A DNA stretch of 64,000 nucleotides. Source: Deltaproteobacteria bacterium. GTDB taxonomy: Bacteria; Desulfobacterota_D; UBA1144; Nemesobacterales; CSP1-2. The translations under genes and the position numbers were made by a program. The stretch spans positions 273,403 through 337,402 of the forward strand of contig JBQTHB010000003.1 of NCBI GenBank assembly GCA_052390235.1, written 5' to 3'. Shown here in pieces: positions 29,548 through 38,167 of this stretch; within the stretch, counting starts at the first letter, position 1; every line of letters starts with the position of its first letter. Under the pieces are notes generated by a model, which ran no database searches, was not told the origin of the DNA, and saw nothing but the letters and a program-made list of their open reading frames with translations.

Positions 29548-29971
29548 AGCCGGGTTAAGAGGGGGCGGATATGTTCCCACAAAGCCGAGAAATTATTCGC
29601 CCCGAGTATCTATGCCGGAGAATAGCGCCGCCGGGACTGAGACAGAGCGATGGGTTCTGGCGGCATTTACCTATCCTCTGCTCTCTTGTCCGACAAGGCT
29701 TTTGCCGAGGAGTAGGAGGATACGCTGTAGGGAACAAAAAAGGTCAGAAGGGATTTAATGCACAGAGCCGAGGTAATTTTCAGCGCGGCAAGCTCGTCGC
29801 AGTGGTTTATTAATATGACTATCGGGGCGACGATTGCCGCCACTTTGACGGCTCTTTTGCGGGTTTCGGGCTTGAAAAAATCCATCCAAAAGAGTTTTCT
29901 CTCTTCTCTCATCGTCTTCCCGCCGTCTGTAGTGGGTAGTGCGCTGGCGCGTGGGCAGGGGGGCGCGAGGC

Positions 29972-30454
29972 TCAATCGCGGAAATTATTAAACTGAAGCG
30001 GCAGGTCGAAATCCGTCCCCCGGAGCAGGGCGATAGCCTCCTGGAGGTCGTCTTTTTTCTTCCCCGACACGCGCACCTTTTCGTCCTGAATCGAAGCCTG
30101 CACCTTGAGCTTTGCGTCTTTTACCATCTGGACAATCTTCTTGCCGAGAGTGGTTTCGATTCCCTTTCGCAGAGTGATAACCTGACGCGCCTTAGCCCCG
30201 GCAACCTCAGGCTTATCCTCTTTGAGGCAGATTAAATCAATCCCCCTCTTGGCGAGCTTCGAGCGCAGGATGTCAACCATCTGATTCAACTGAAATTCGC
30301 TCTGGGTGTTAAGCGTAACGACGTTGTCCTTAAGCTCATATAGCGAATTCGTGCCTTTGAAATCGAAGCGCGTCGTAATTTCGCGGTTCGCCTGATCCAC
30401 GCCGTTTACGACCTCGTGCATATTTAGCTCGGAAACCACGTCAAAAGAAGGCAT
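29972..30454 (-). CDS. YajQ-family nucleotide-binding protein (UPF0234)
   Basis: The N-terminus 'MPSFDVVSE' is conserved. It is 160 aa with two ferredoxin-like halves. Confidence 0.75.
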   Translation of the reverse strand: MPSFDVVSELNMHEVVNGVDQANREITTRFDFKGTNSLYELKDNVVTLNTQSEFQLNQMVDILRSKLAKRGIDLICLKEDKPEVAGAKARQVITLRKGIETTLGKKIVQMVKDAKLKVQASIQDEKVRVSGKKKDDLQEAIALLRGTDFDLPLQFNNFRD

Positions 30455-30539
30455 TTTGCCACACTCCCCTTACATTTATTTATTAGCGCGAACTGCCCAC
30501 CCCCGAATATCCGAGCCAGACTGCCGCGCCGAGGGTATT

Positions 30540-31244
30540 TTATTTGAGAATCTCTAACGCCGCCGGAGCGATTACATCCACCCACTCGGAGTACATCTTT
30601 TGGGAGGGATGCAAGCCATCCGAGGCGATAAGCGCCGAATCCCCCTCGGCTTTTCTGGATATTCCAGTAACGTCAACGTAGGCAACTCCATTCCTGCCAG
30701 ATGCGGCTCTGTTGATTGCGTTGAACTGGTCAATCGCCGCCCCTATTTTCGCCCCGCCAAGCCGCCTGCCTAGAGGGGTCGCTCCGTAGTCGGGAATTGA
30801 AATCACAATTACGCGGGAGGGATTTCCCCCGGTAAGAGCGATGGATTTAGCCAAGAGTATATCGAACTCTGGGGCGTAGCTCTCGGCGGAGTAGCCCTGA
30901 AACTGATTATTGACACCTATGAGGAGCAGAACCAGGTCGTAGGGCGGGGCGAGGCTTGCCGAAGAGATAGCCGCCCGCAGATTTTCTGTAGTCCAACCGG
31001 TGCGCGCAATTATTAGAGGAGGAGAGACGCTGAGCCCCTCGGACTTTAATTCTCTGGCTAGTAGCGCCGGATAGGAGTCCTCATGGGCTACGCCTTGGCC
31101 TATGGTGTAGGAGTCGCCGAGGGCTAGGATTTTGAGCATCGCAGTATCGGTTTCGGCTGATATGCCGGGGGATTCAGCGGGCTGATTCCGACAGGAAAGA
31201 GCCATGAGTAAAACGCATATCGCCGTGATAATCCGCCGCCGCAT
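30540..31244 (-). CDS. Secreted SGNH/GDSL hydrolase (arylesterase/lysophospholipase-like)
   Basis: It has a signal peptide, block I 'ILALGDSYTIGQG', and a C-terminal 'DGLHP' (DxxH). Confidence 0.75.
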   Translation of the reverse strand: MRRRIITAICVLLMALSCRNQPAESPGISAETDTAMLKILALGDSYTIGQGVAHEDSYPALLARELKSEGLSVSPPLIIARTGWTTENLRAAISSASLAPPYDLVLLLIGVNNQFQGYSAESYAPEFDILLAKSIALTGGNPSRVIVISIPDYGATPLGRRLGGAKIGAAIDQFNAINRAASGRNGVAYVDVTGISRKAEGDSALIASDGLHPSQKMYSEWVDVIAPAALEILK

Positions 31245-31402
31245 TGGGGTTTTAGGTTACAGGAGCGCCCGCCCGATGTCAAAATTGCGGGGGTTGCTCC
31301 ATGGCTTAATTAAATATTCACGGGAAACGATTGTTTTTTGGAAACTCGTTTTGGTATAATCATCTGCGGCAACGGTAAAGGCGAAGTTCCACGCAGAGAG
31401 TC

Positions 31403-33706
31403 ATGAATAAGACAGCCCCTTTCGAGAGAGCGGATTTTCATCTGAAAGTCATCCACGAGATAAGCGAACTTGTGAATCAGTCCACGGGGCTTGACAACAT
31501 CCTAAGGGGCGTGGTCAATAAAATCGGCGACTCCCTTCATTTCGACGTCGTGTCAATCTACATCTGGGACAAAGAGAGCCGCGAGCTTACCCTCAAATCC
31601 ACTCGGGGGCTGAGCGTTGACCCCATGAATCCCATCCGCCTCAAACCCGAAGAGGGGCTCACCGGACTCGTTTTCCAAACCCTAAGACCGCTCACCGCGA
31701 TGCCCGCATCCCTGCATCCGCGCTACAAATACTTCGCCGAAACGGGCGAAGAGAAATACGAGAGCTACATCGGAATTCCAATACTCCTTCGCAACACCTG
31801 CGTCGGCGTCCTAGTGGGGCAGACCAAAGAGCGGAGACACATAAACCCAGCCGAGGAGTCCATTTTTCAGATAATAGCCTCGCGCCTTGCGGGACTTCTG
31901 GAGGTTGCCGACAGGCTTGAACGTCTTAAAACCGAATCCATCGCCAAGCGTGAGACGAGAACCTACCAAGGCAAAGGCGTTTCCGGCGGATTCGCCGTCG
32001 GCACGGTGCATCTGTCCCGCGGGATGTTCGAGCAACTCAAATCCGATGAAATAGAAGCGCAAAGCCCCGAGGAGGAAATCCTGAGGCTCTCGAAAGCCAT
32101 GGAAGACACCGAGCGCGAGTTTCAGGCGACGATTCACGCGCTTGAAGCCGAGGGTACGCTGTCCGAGAGCGAGATAAATATATTTCAGGTGCATCTGCTC
32201 ATCGTCAGAGACCCGACATTCAAAAACCCGATAGTCGAGCAAATTCGGCATAAACGCCTCGCCGCTGAAATCGCCGTCATCGAGGGCATCGAGACCATAG
32301 CGCGCCATTTCGAGAACCTAAGCGACCGCTACATGAAAGAGCGCGCGGCGGACTTCCGCGACATTGGGGAGAAAATCCTGCATCACTTAGTCTCCATGCG
32401 CGGGGAATCATCGCCGTCCTCGCCGCCGAAAGAAGGCTCGATACTCGTTGCCTACGACGTGGGCCCGTCTTTTTTAGCCATGCTCAATAAAAGCAAAGTT
32501 GCCGCGATGGTAACAGAAAAGGGGGGCGAGACCTCTCATACGGCAATCTTGGCGAAATCCCTCGGAATTCCCGCCGTCGTTGGCATCGAGGACATCTGCG
32601 ACATGGTCGAATTCGGAACGAAACTGCTCGTGGATGGTAAAACCGGTTTTGTCTTCTCAAATCCAGACGAGAGCCTAATCTCCGAGTATCAAAACACCTA
32701 CAGCCGCCTAGCCAAGCTCCAAGAGGTCATCGAGAGACAGTCCGAAGAGGCGTCCGACAACGAGGGGACGAGGATTTCGCTCTCGGCAAACATCGGTTTT
32801 CCCGTTGACGTTGGCATGGCAAAGCAGTATCGGCTTAGGGACGTGGGGCTGTTCAGGACGGAGTTTGCCTTTACGCAGTACGACTCATGGCCCAACGTAG
32901 AGGCGCAGACGAAAATCTACGAGGAAGTGGGCAGTCGGTTCGAGGGCTACGTTACGGTGAGGACGCTGGATGTGGGGGCTGATAAAATTCTGCCCTATTT
33001 CTCGTTCCCCAAGGAAGAAAACCCGCTTCTTGGGCTTCGGGCGATTCGTTTTTCAATGGAGTATTTAGAGCTTTTCAGGGACCAGATAAGGGCGATTTTA
33101 ATCGCCGGACAGAGGGGCGGATGCCGATTTAGAATTTTGCTTCCGATGGTGTCGAATGTGTGGGAAGTGGAAACGGCGAGGGAAATCATGGAGGAAGCCG
33201 GAGAGGGGCTTGGAATCCCGAAAGAGGGTCTGCCGCCGCTGGGACTAATGATGGAAGTGCCGGCGATAGTATATCAGCTTGAGGACTATAGAGACCTGAT
33301 TGATTTTCTCTCCATTGGGACGAACGACCTCATTCAGTACATCCTCGCGATAGATAGAAATTCCAACGTCGTAGGGCATCTGTATTCGGGATTTCATCCG
33401 GCGGTGCTGAGGGCGCTAAACGAGATATTCGTCAAGTCTAGCTCGCTTGGGAAGGAGATATCCATCTGCGGCGAGATGGCGGGGTCTCCGTCCGGGGCTT
33501 TGGCTCTAATGTCCATTGGGTATAGGAATTTAAGCGTCTCTCCTCAGCGCGCGCCTGTCTTGAGGTATCTGGCAAAGAAAATCACCGGAGACGTTCTCGG
33601 GATTGTGCGCAACAGGATTCTAAACGAGAGAAAAGAGAGCGAAATCCGAAGATATATTATCGAGGTGCTTGAATCGCTGGACTCGGCTTTTGTGGAGCTT
33701 GAGTAA
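31403..33706 (+). CDS. ptsP: Phosphoenolpyruvate-protein phosphotransferase with N-terminal GAF domain (EI-Ntr)
   Basis: It has an N-terminal GAF domain and the PEP-utilizer His motif 'GGETSHTAILAKSLGIPAVVG'. It is 767 aa. Confidence 0.8.
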   Translation: MNKTAPFERADFHLKVIHEISELVNQSTGLDNILRGVVNKIGDSLHFDVVSIYIWDKESRELTLKSTRGLSVDPMNPIRLKPEEGLTGLVFQTLRPLTAMPASLHPRYKYFAETGEEKYESYIGIPILLRNTCVGVLVGQTKERRHINPAEESIFQIIASRLAGLLEVADRLERLKTESIAKRETRTYQGKGVSGGFAVGTVHLSRGMFEQLKSDEIEAQSPEEEILRLSKAMEDTEREFQATIHALEAEGTLSESEINIFQVHLLIVRDPTFKNPIVEQIRHKRLAAEIAVIEGIETIARHFENLSDRYMKERAADFRDIGEKILHHLVSMRGESSPSSPPKEGSILVAYDVGPSFLAMLNKSKVAAMVTEKGGETSHTAILAKSLGIPAVVGIEDICDMVEFGTKLLVDGKTGFVFSNPDESLISEYQNTYSRLAKLQEVIERQSEEASDNEGTRISLSANIGFPVDVGMAKQYRLRDVGLFRTEFAFTQYDSWPNVEAQTKIYEEVGSRFEGYVTVRTLDVGADKILPYFSFPKEENPLLGLRAIRFSMEYLELFRDQIRAILIAGQRGGCRFRILLPMVSNVWEVETAREIMEEAGEGLGIPKEGLPPLGLMMEVPAIVYQLEDYRDLIDFLSIGTNDLIQYILAIDRNSNVVGHLYSGFHPAVLRALNEIFVKSSSLGKEISICGEMAGSPSGALALMSIGYRNLSVSPQRAPVLRYLAKKITGDVLGIVRNRILNERKESEIRRYIIEVLESLDSAFVELE

Positions 33707-33766
33707 CCCACCCTCGTCTCCCCGGCTCAAAGCTACTATTAGATATTTGCGCGGACTGAAATCGCA

Positions 33767-34654
33767 ATGACCAGAAACCATATTATTCTCTTTATCGGCA
33801 CTCTATTTACGACGTTCGTAGCCGGATACCTCCAGGGCGGGGGCGTTGCCGGAGGGATTTCCTTCTCGGCGACACTAGTTTTCATACTCGGCTCTCATGA
33901 AATGGGGCATTATCTCTACGGCAGAAAGTACGGGGTGGACATCTCGCCGCCGTATTTTATTCCCGCGCCGCCGATAATCTCTCCCATCGGGACGTTCGGG
34001 GCGTTCATAAAAATCAAATCCCAGATTACGACAAAACAAGCGCTGTTCGACATCGGAATCGCGGGCCCAATAGCGGGAGTGGCGGCGGCGATACCGGCGC
34101 TTATCGTCGGAATGAGCCTGTCCAAAGTCGTGGCGACTCAGGGGGCGGAGGCGCAAAAGGGAATCATCCTGGGCTCTCCCCTGATATTTTCATATCTGTC
34201 GGATGCAATTTGGGGCCCCATCCTGGAGGGCTACGACCTGCTCCTGCACCCCGTGGCGTTCGCCGGATGGATAGGGCTGTTTATTACGGCGCTCAATCTC
34301 ATCCCCGCGGGACAGCTCGATGGGGGGCATATCATCTACTCGCTTCTGCCTCGCAGGTGGTATCGGCGCATCTCAATCGCCATAGTGTGCGCGCTGCTCA
34401 TTTTGGGCATAGGCACAAGCCCCATCGCGGCTGGGCTTGAGATGCTATCCATAGCAAATCCATTCGGGCAGAGCCTCGCCTTCGACGGGTGGCCCGGATG
34501 GGCAATGTGGGCGGTACTGCTCTGCGTTATGGGAATTAAACACCCGCCGACGCTCCACGATGAGCTTCCCTTGGGCAGGGGACGGCGAATTCTAGGGGGT
34601 ATCGCCCTGCTGCTCTTCATCGGATGCTTTACGCCCATGCCGATAAGACTGTGA
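33767..34654 (+). CDS. M50 family (site-2 protease-like) membrane metalloprotease
   Basis: It has 'HEMGHYL' within a TM helix and a second-half 'LNLIPAGQLDGGH'. It is polytopic. Confidence 0.75.
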   Translation: MTRNHIILFIGTLFTTFVAGYLQGGGVAGGISFSATLVFILGSHEMGHYLYGRKYGVDISPPYFIPAPPIISPIGTFGAFIKIKSQITTKQALFDIGIAGPIAGVAAAIPALIVGMSLSKVVATQGAEAQKGIILGSPLIFSYLSDAIWGPILEGYDLLLHPVAFAGWIGLFITALNLIPAGQLDGGHIIYSLLPRRWYRRISIAIVCALLILGIGTSPIAAGLEMLSIANPFGQSLAFDGWPGWAMWAVLLCVMGIKHPPTLHDELPLGRGRRILGGIALLLFIGCFTPMPIRL

Positions 34655-34709
34655 TGATTCACGATGGCAGTCGGGACACTATCGCAACGGCGCTTTCGAG
34701 ATGGCGCTT

Positions 34710-34736
34710 GGTCTCGCAACTCAAAACTAAAAACTC
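34710..34736. repeat. R5 family motif copy 'ggtctcgcaactcaaaactaaaaactc' at the M50 protease / hypothetical convergent junction
   Basis: It matches the 13265 and 38072 copies. Confidence 0.6.
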
Positions 34737-34763
34737 CCATCTACCGTTCTAATTTGTAGATTC

Positions 34764-35348
34764 TCAGCACCACCCGACCGGGGCGTCCATTGTCATGGTC
34801 AATCCCAGCCAGAGCGGGGCGAGCGTGTGCTTATAGGAGATAAAATCCTCGATTCTGCTGTCAGGGTTGCACTGCCACATATTAAATTTATCGAATATGA
34901 GCTTTAGCCTCGCCTTCACGGGCGGGGAGTCAAAGCCCCAGATGAAATCCCCCTCCGTCGAGGGGAAAAAGAGCCTGAAGAAAAGCACTTGGTTGACCAC
35001 GTGGTCTTTAATGCGGAGCTTGCCGGCGGCGTTGAGCCATCTTAAATCAACCCAGCCTGTACGCACCCAGCTGTAGCCGCTTCCAAAGGTCTTGGCGAGA
35101 TTTCTCGATAGCCCAAGACGCTCTGCCGCCTTCGAGGCGAGTTCCGCGAAGACGTAAGCCGCCTCAAGCGTGAGATAGTCGTGTACGGGGATTTTCCTCT
35201 CCATATCCATCAGGCTGTTGGTTAGGTAGAGATTTCCGTTTACCTGTCGTTTGAGGCTAAATTCGCCTGTATCGCCGCACAGTTGGAGCGATATTTGAAT
35301 GTTTTCCCACTCGCGTCTGGCTATTTGAACGGCTGATTGAATTTCCAT
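34764..35348 (-). CDS. Hypothetical protein (194 aa)
   Basis: It is a clean ORF. There are no recognisable motifs. Confidence 0.4.
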   Translation of the reverse strand: MEIQSAVQIARREWENIQISLQLCGDTGEFSLKRQVNGNLYLTNSLMDMERKIPVHDYLTLEAAYVFAELASKAAERLGLSRNLAKTFGSGYSWVRTGWVDLRWLNAAGKLRIKDHVVNQVLFFRLFFPSTEGDFIWGFDSPPVKARLKLIFDKFNMWQCNPDSRIEDFISYKHTLAPLWLGLTMTMDAPVGWC

Positions 35349-35468
35349 TTACCCTCTGAATTATCTTAATTTTCAACCTCATTCACGGTGAATGATAGAG
35401 AGGGTAAATTAAACGGGCGTGAAAGGGGGATTAAACGCGTGTTAATATGGCAGGATTAGCGCAGAGCA

Positions 35469-36470
35469 TCAGGGCATCCGCGCCGGGGATTTTATCAGCC
35501 CCTCTCCCGCGCACCAGTCAATAATGCTCGCTATTGCCTCGCGCGGGGTGTGGAATTTCACTCCAAGCTCTTGGCAGGCTTTGCGGTTCAATCCTGCCCC
35601 TCCGTACTGCATCGCCCTCACAGCATCGAGAGAGAATTCAGGCGGCGCACCCGTGAAAAACGCTTTTATCTCCGAGGCGGCGGCAATGAGCTTCATCACG
35701 AAAGGAGGAACGCTCATTTGTGGTAGGGGGGCTCCGGTCATTTCGGCAACGAGCTTATATAAATCCCGAACCCTGATGTTCTCCCCCACGATGATATATC
35801 TGTGCCCCGTCCGCCCCCAGCGCGCCGCCCTGATGTGAGCGTCAACCACGTCATCAATATAGACTATCGGGGCTAGGCTGTCTTCAAATGCCGCCGCTTT
35901 GAGTTCGCCGTTTAGGAGTTTTATGAGAGTCTTGGCGAATGTTTTCACGTCGCCAGGGCCTATGACGACGCCGGGGTTGAGAATCACCACCGGAAGCCCC
36001 CTTTCGGAGTGGAGTTTTAGTAGCTCCCGTTCGGCGAGGAATTTCGACCTCCCGTACGCGCTCTCGAAATCTCCGGGATGCGCCATATCCTCGGTTGTCA
36101 TCGCCCCGCCCGGCTGTCTTATGGCGGCAAGAGAGCTGGTGAAAACCGCCCTGCCGACTCCCTCCTCAAGGGCGAGTTCCATGAGCTTTCTCGTCCCCTC
36201 GACGTTGACCCTCTGGTAGAGACTCTTATCGGGAATCCACCACTTGCAGACGTTTCCGAGATGAAACAGCACGTCCGCCCCCACGAGCGCGCCCCGCAGG
36301 GATTCAATATCGAGAATATCGCCGACTATGGTCTCGACGCCGCGGCGATTAAGCTCTGCCGCCTTGCGTTCATCCCTGGCTAGAGCTTTCACCGAGTCGC
36401 CATCCCGAAGGAGACGGTCAATCAAACGCCCGCCGATAAACCCCGTGCCTCCGGTTACAAAAGCCCTCAT
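35469..36470 (-). CDS. NAD-dependent epimerase/dehydratase (extended SDR)
   Basis: It has 'MRAFVTGGTGFIGGRLIDRL' (the GxxGxxG motif) and is 333 aa. Confidence 0.75.
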   Translation of the reverse strand: MRAFVTGGTGFIGGRLIDRLLRDGDSVKALARDERKAAELNRRGVETIVGDILDIESLRGALVGADVLFHLGNVCKWWIPDKSLYQRVNVEGTRKLMELALEEGVGRAVFTSSLAAIRQPGGAMTTEDMAHPGDFESAYGRSKFLAERELLKLHSERGLPVVILNPGVVIGPGDVKTFAKTLIKLLNGELKAAAFEDSLAPIVYIDDVVDAHIRAARWGRTGHRYIIVGENIRVRDLYKLVAEMTGAPLPQMSVPPFVMKLIAAASEIKAFFTGAPPEFSLDAVRAMQYGGAGLNRKACQELGVKFHTPREAIASIIDWCAGEGLIKSPARMP

Positions 36471-36649
36471 GAGAAACTCTGCCTCGTCATTTAGAGCGGA
36501 CCTGCCCGCCGCTACAGGGGCGGGAGAAAATTAGAAAAAGCTACGGAATATCTGGGAACGGAACAGGGCCGCAGCACGCGGCTTATTTATATGGTGGGAT
36601 TCTGGTACAGCGATGCGTCCCGGGTAGATTGGGAGCAAGGCGCGCGAGT

Positions 36650-36880
36650 TCAAGAAATCGCCCTGCCCGCCCTTGCCGCGGTGGGCGCTTGAGATTTTAC
36701 CGAGAAATAAATGCGCTCAAACTCCTCCCGCGGGATGACGCCTCTATCAAACAACGCCCCTACCAGAGTCCAAGTAAAGCTCTTTTCGTCTATCTCGAAG
36801 CCGTTTTGCTTTAGTATGACTAGTATCGAATCCAGAGCCTCTTGAGCCGAGTAATCCCCATATTCCTGCCTGAAATTCAT
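36650..36880 (-). CDS. Small hypothetical protein (76 aa)
   Basis: The ORF is trimmed to the ATG (MNFRQEYG) preceded by an AAGGGGGA Shine-Dalgarno. Confidence 0.4.
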   Translation of the reverse strand: MNFRQEYGDYSAQEALDSILVILKQNGFEIDEKSFTWTLVGALFDRGVIPREEFERIYFSVKSQAPTAARAGRAIS

Positions 36881-37083
36881 CTCTATATCCCCCTTTGATA
36901 TGCGAGCAAGTCGAAACGCCATCCGTAGCCAGTGAGCGCCTTAACACAGGATTTATATAATTTATCGAGATAATTGTCAAGCGTTTCTTTCGGACTCAAA
37001 ATCGGCGGAGAGTGGCTTGACACAGAGACGAGCGGGAATTGATAATTAGCCAGACAAATACTTGCAGGAGGATATTTTTGGCC

Positions 37084-38070
37084 ATGAAATACAGGAAACT
37101 CGGCAGTTCGGATTTGACCGTCTCCGAAATCGGATTCGGCTGTTGGGCAATGGGAGGCGGCTGGGGCGAGGTCAGCGACCGAGATTCCGTCTCAAGCGTC
37201 GTGAGGGCGATTGATTTGGGAATCAATTTCTTCGACACCGCCGACATCTACGGTTTCGGACACTCGGAGGAGGTATTAGCCGGCGCGCTCGGCTCAAGGA
37301 GAGGGGACGTCGTCATTGCCACAAAGGGCGGGCTCGTTTGGGACGACGCCGGACGCATCATCGCGCGCTCAGGGGCAAGGGATTATCTCGCAAAGGCGCT
37401 GGAGGCGAGCCTGCGCCGTCTCAATACTGACTACGTTGACCTCTATCAGATTCACTGGCCCGACTCGAATACCCCGCTTGAAGAGACGATGAGAGCGCTG
37501 GAGGAGTTTCAAAAATCCGGCAAAGCGCGCTACGTTGGCGTGTCCAATTTCACCGCCGCTCAGATGAGAGACTGCCTTGGAGCGGGGCAGATTCACTCCC
37601 TTCAGCCCCCGTACAATATGCTTATGAGAGAAGCAGAAAGAGAGCTTTTCCCGTTCTGTTCAGAGCGCGGCATTGGGGTTTTGGCTTACGGCCCCCTTGC
37701 CTACGGGCTTCTCACGGGAAAATACACGGAAAAATCCGAATTCCCAGCCACGGACTGGCGCGGGGGGAAGCTGTTTCCAGACCCCGGCGAGTGGAAGAGG
37801 CATATCGACCTCTTTCACGGGGATGGGTTCAGGCGGAATCTCGAAATCGTAGCTCTCATAAAGGGCATAGCCCAGAAGCGCGGCAAAACCCCGGGGCAGG
37901 TAGCCATCGCATGGGCGCTCGCTCATCCTGCCGTATCGTGCGCCCTTGTGGGGGCGAGACGCCCATCGCAGGTTGAGGATAACGCCGCCGCTTCCGGGTG
38001 GACGCTTCCCCCAGAGGACATGGCGAAAATCAATGATGCGACGGGCGGGGGAATAAAATACAGTGATTAG
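37084..38070 (+). CDS. Aldo/keto reductase
   Basis: It has 'MKYRKLGSSDLTVSEIGFGCWAMGG' and 'IHWPD'. The ORF is trimmed to the internal ATG. Confidence 0.8.
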   Translation: MKYRKLGSSDLTVSEIGFGCWAMGGGWGEVSDRDSVSSVVRAIDLGINFFDTADIYGFGHSEEVLAGALGSRRGDVVIATKGGLVWDDAGRIIARSGARDYLAKALEASLRRLNTDYVDLYQIHWPDSNTPLEETMRALEEFQKSGKARYVGVSNFTAAQMRDCLGAGQIHSLQPPYNMLMREAERELFPFCSERGIGVLAYGPLAYGLLTGKYTEKSEFPATDWRGGKLFPDPGEWKRHIDLFHGDGFRRNLEIVALIKGIAQKRGKTPGQVAIAWALAHPAVSCALVGARRPSQVEDNAAASGWTLPPEDMAKINDATGGGIKYSD

Positions 38071-38137
38071 TTTTGAGTTTTTAGTTTCTAGTTTTGAGAC
38101 TAAAAAATAACCACCAACCACTAAAAACTAATCACTG
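38061..38137. terminator. Long inverted repeat between convergent genes, a bidirectional terminator candidate carrying the 'aaactaaaaactc' motif
   Basis: 'cagtgattagtttt' pairs with 'aaaactaatcactg' (14-bp perfect arms, about 50-nt loop). The left arm overlaps the aldo/keto reductase TAG stop. Confidence 0.4.
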
Positions 38138-38167
38138 CGTTTCTCCATATCTTCGAGCCTTGTAGCG

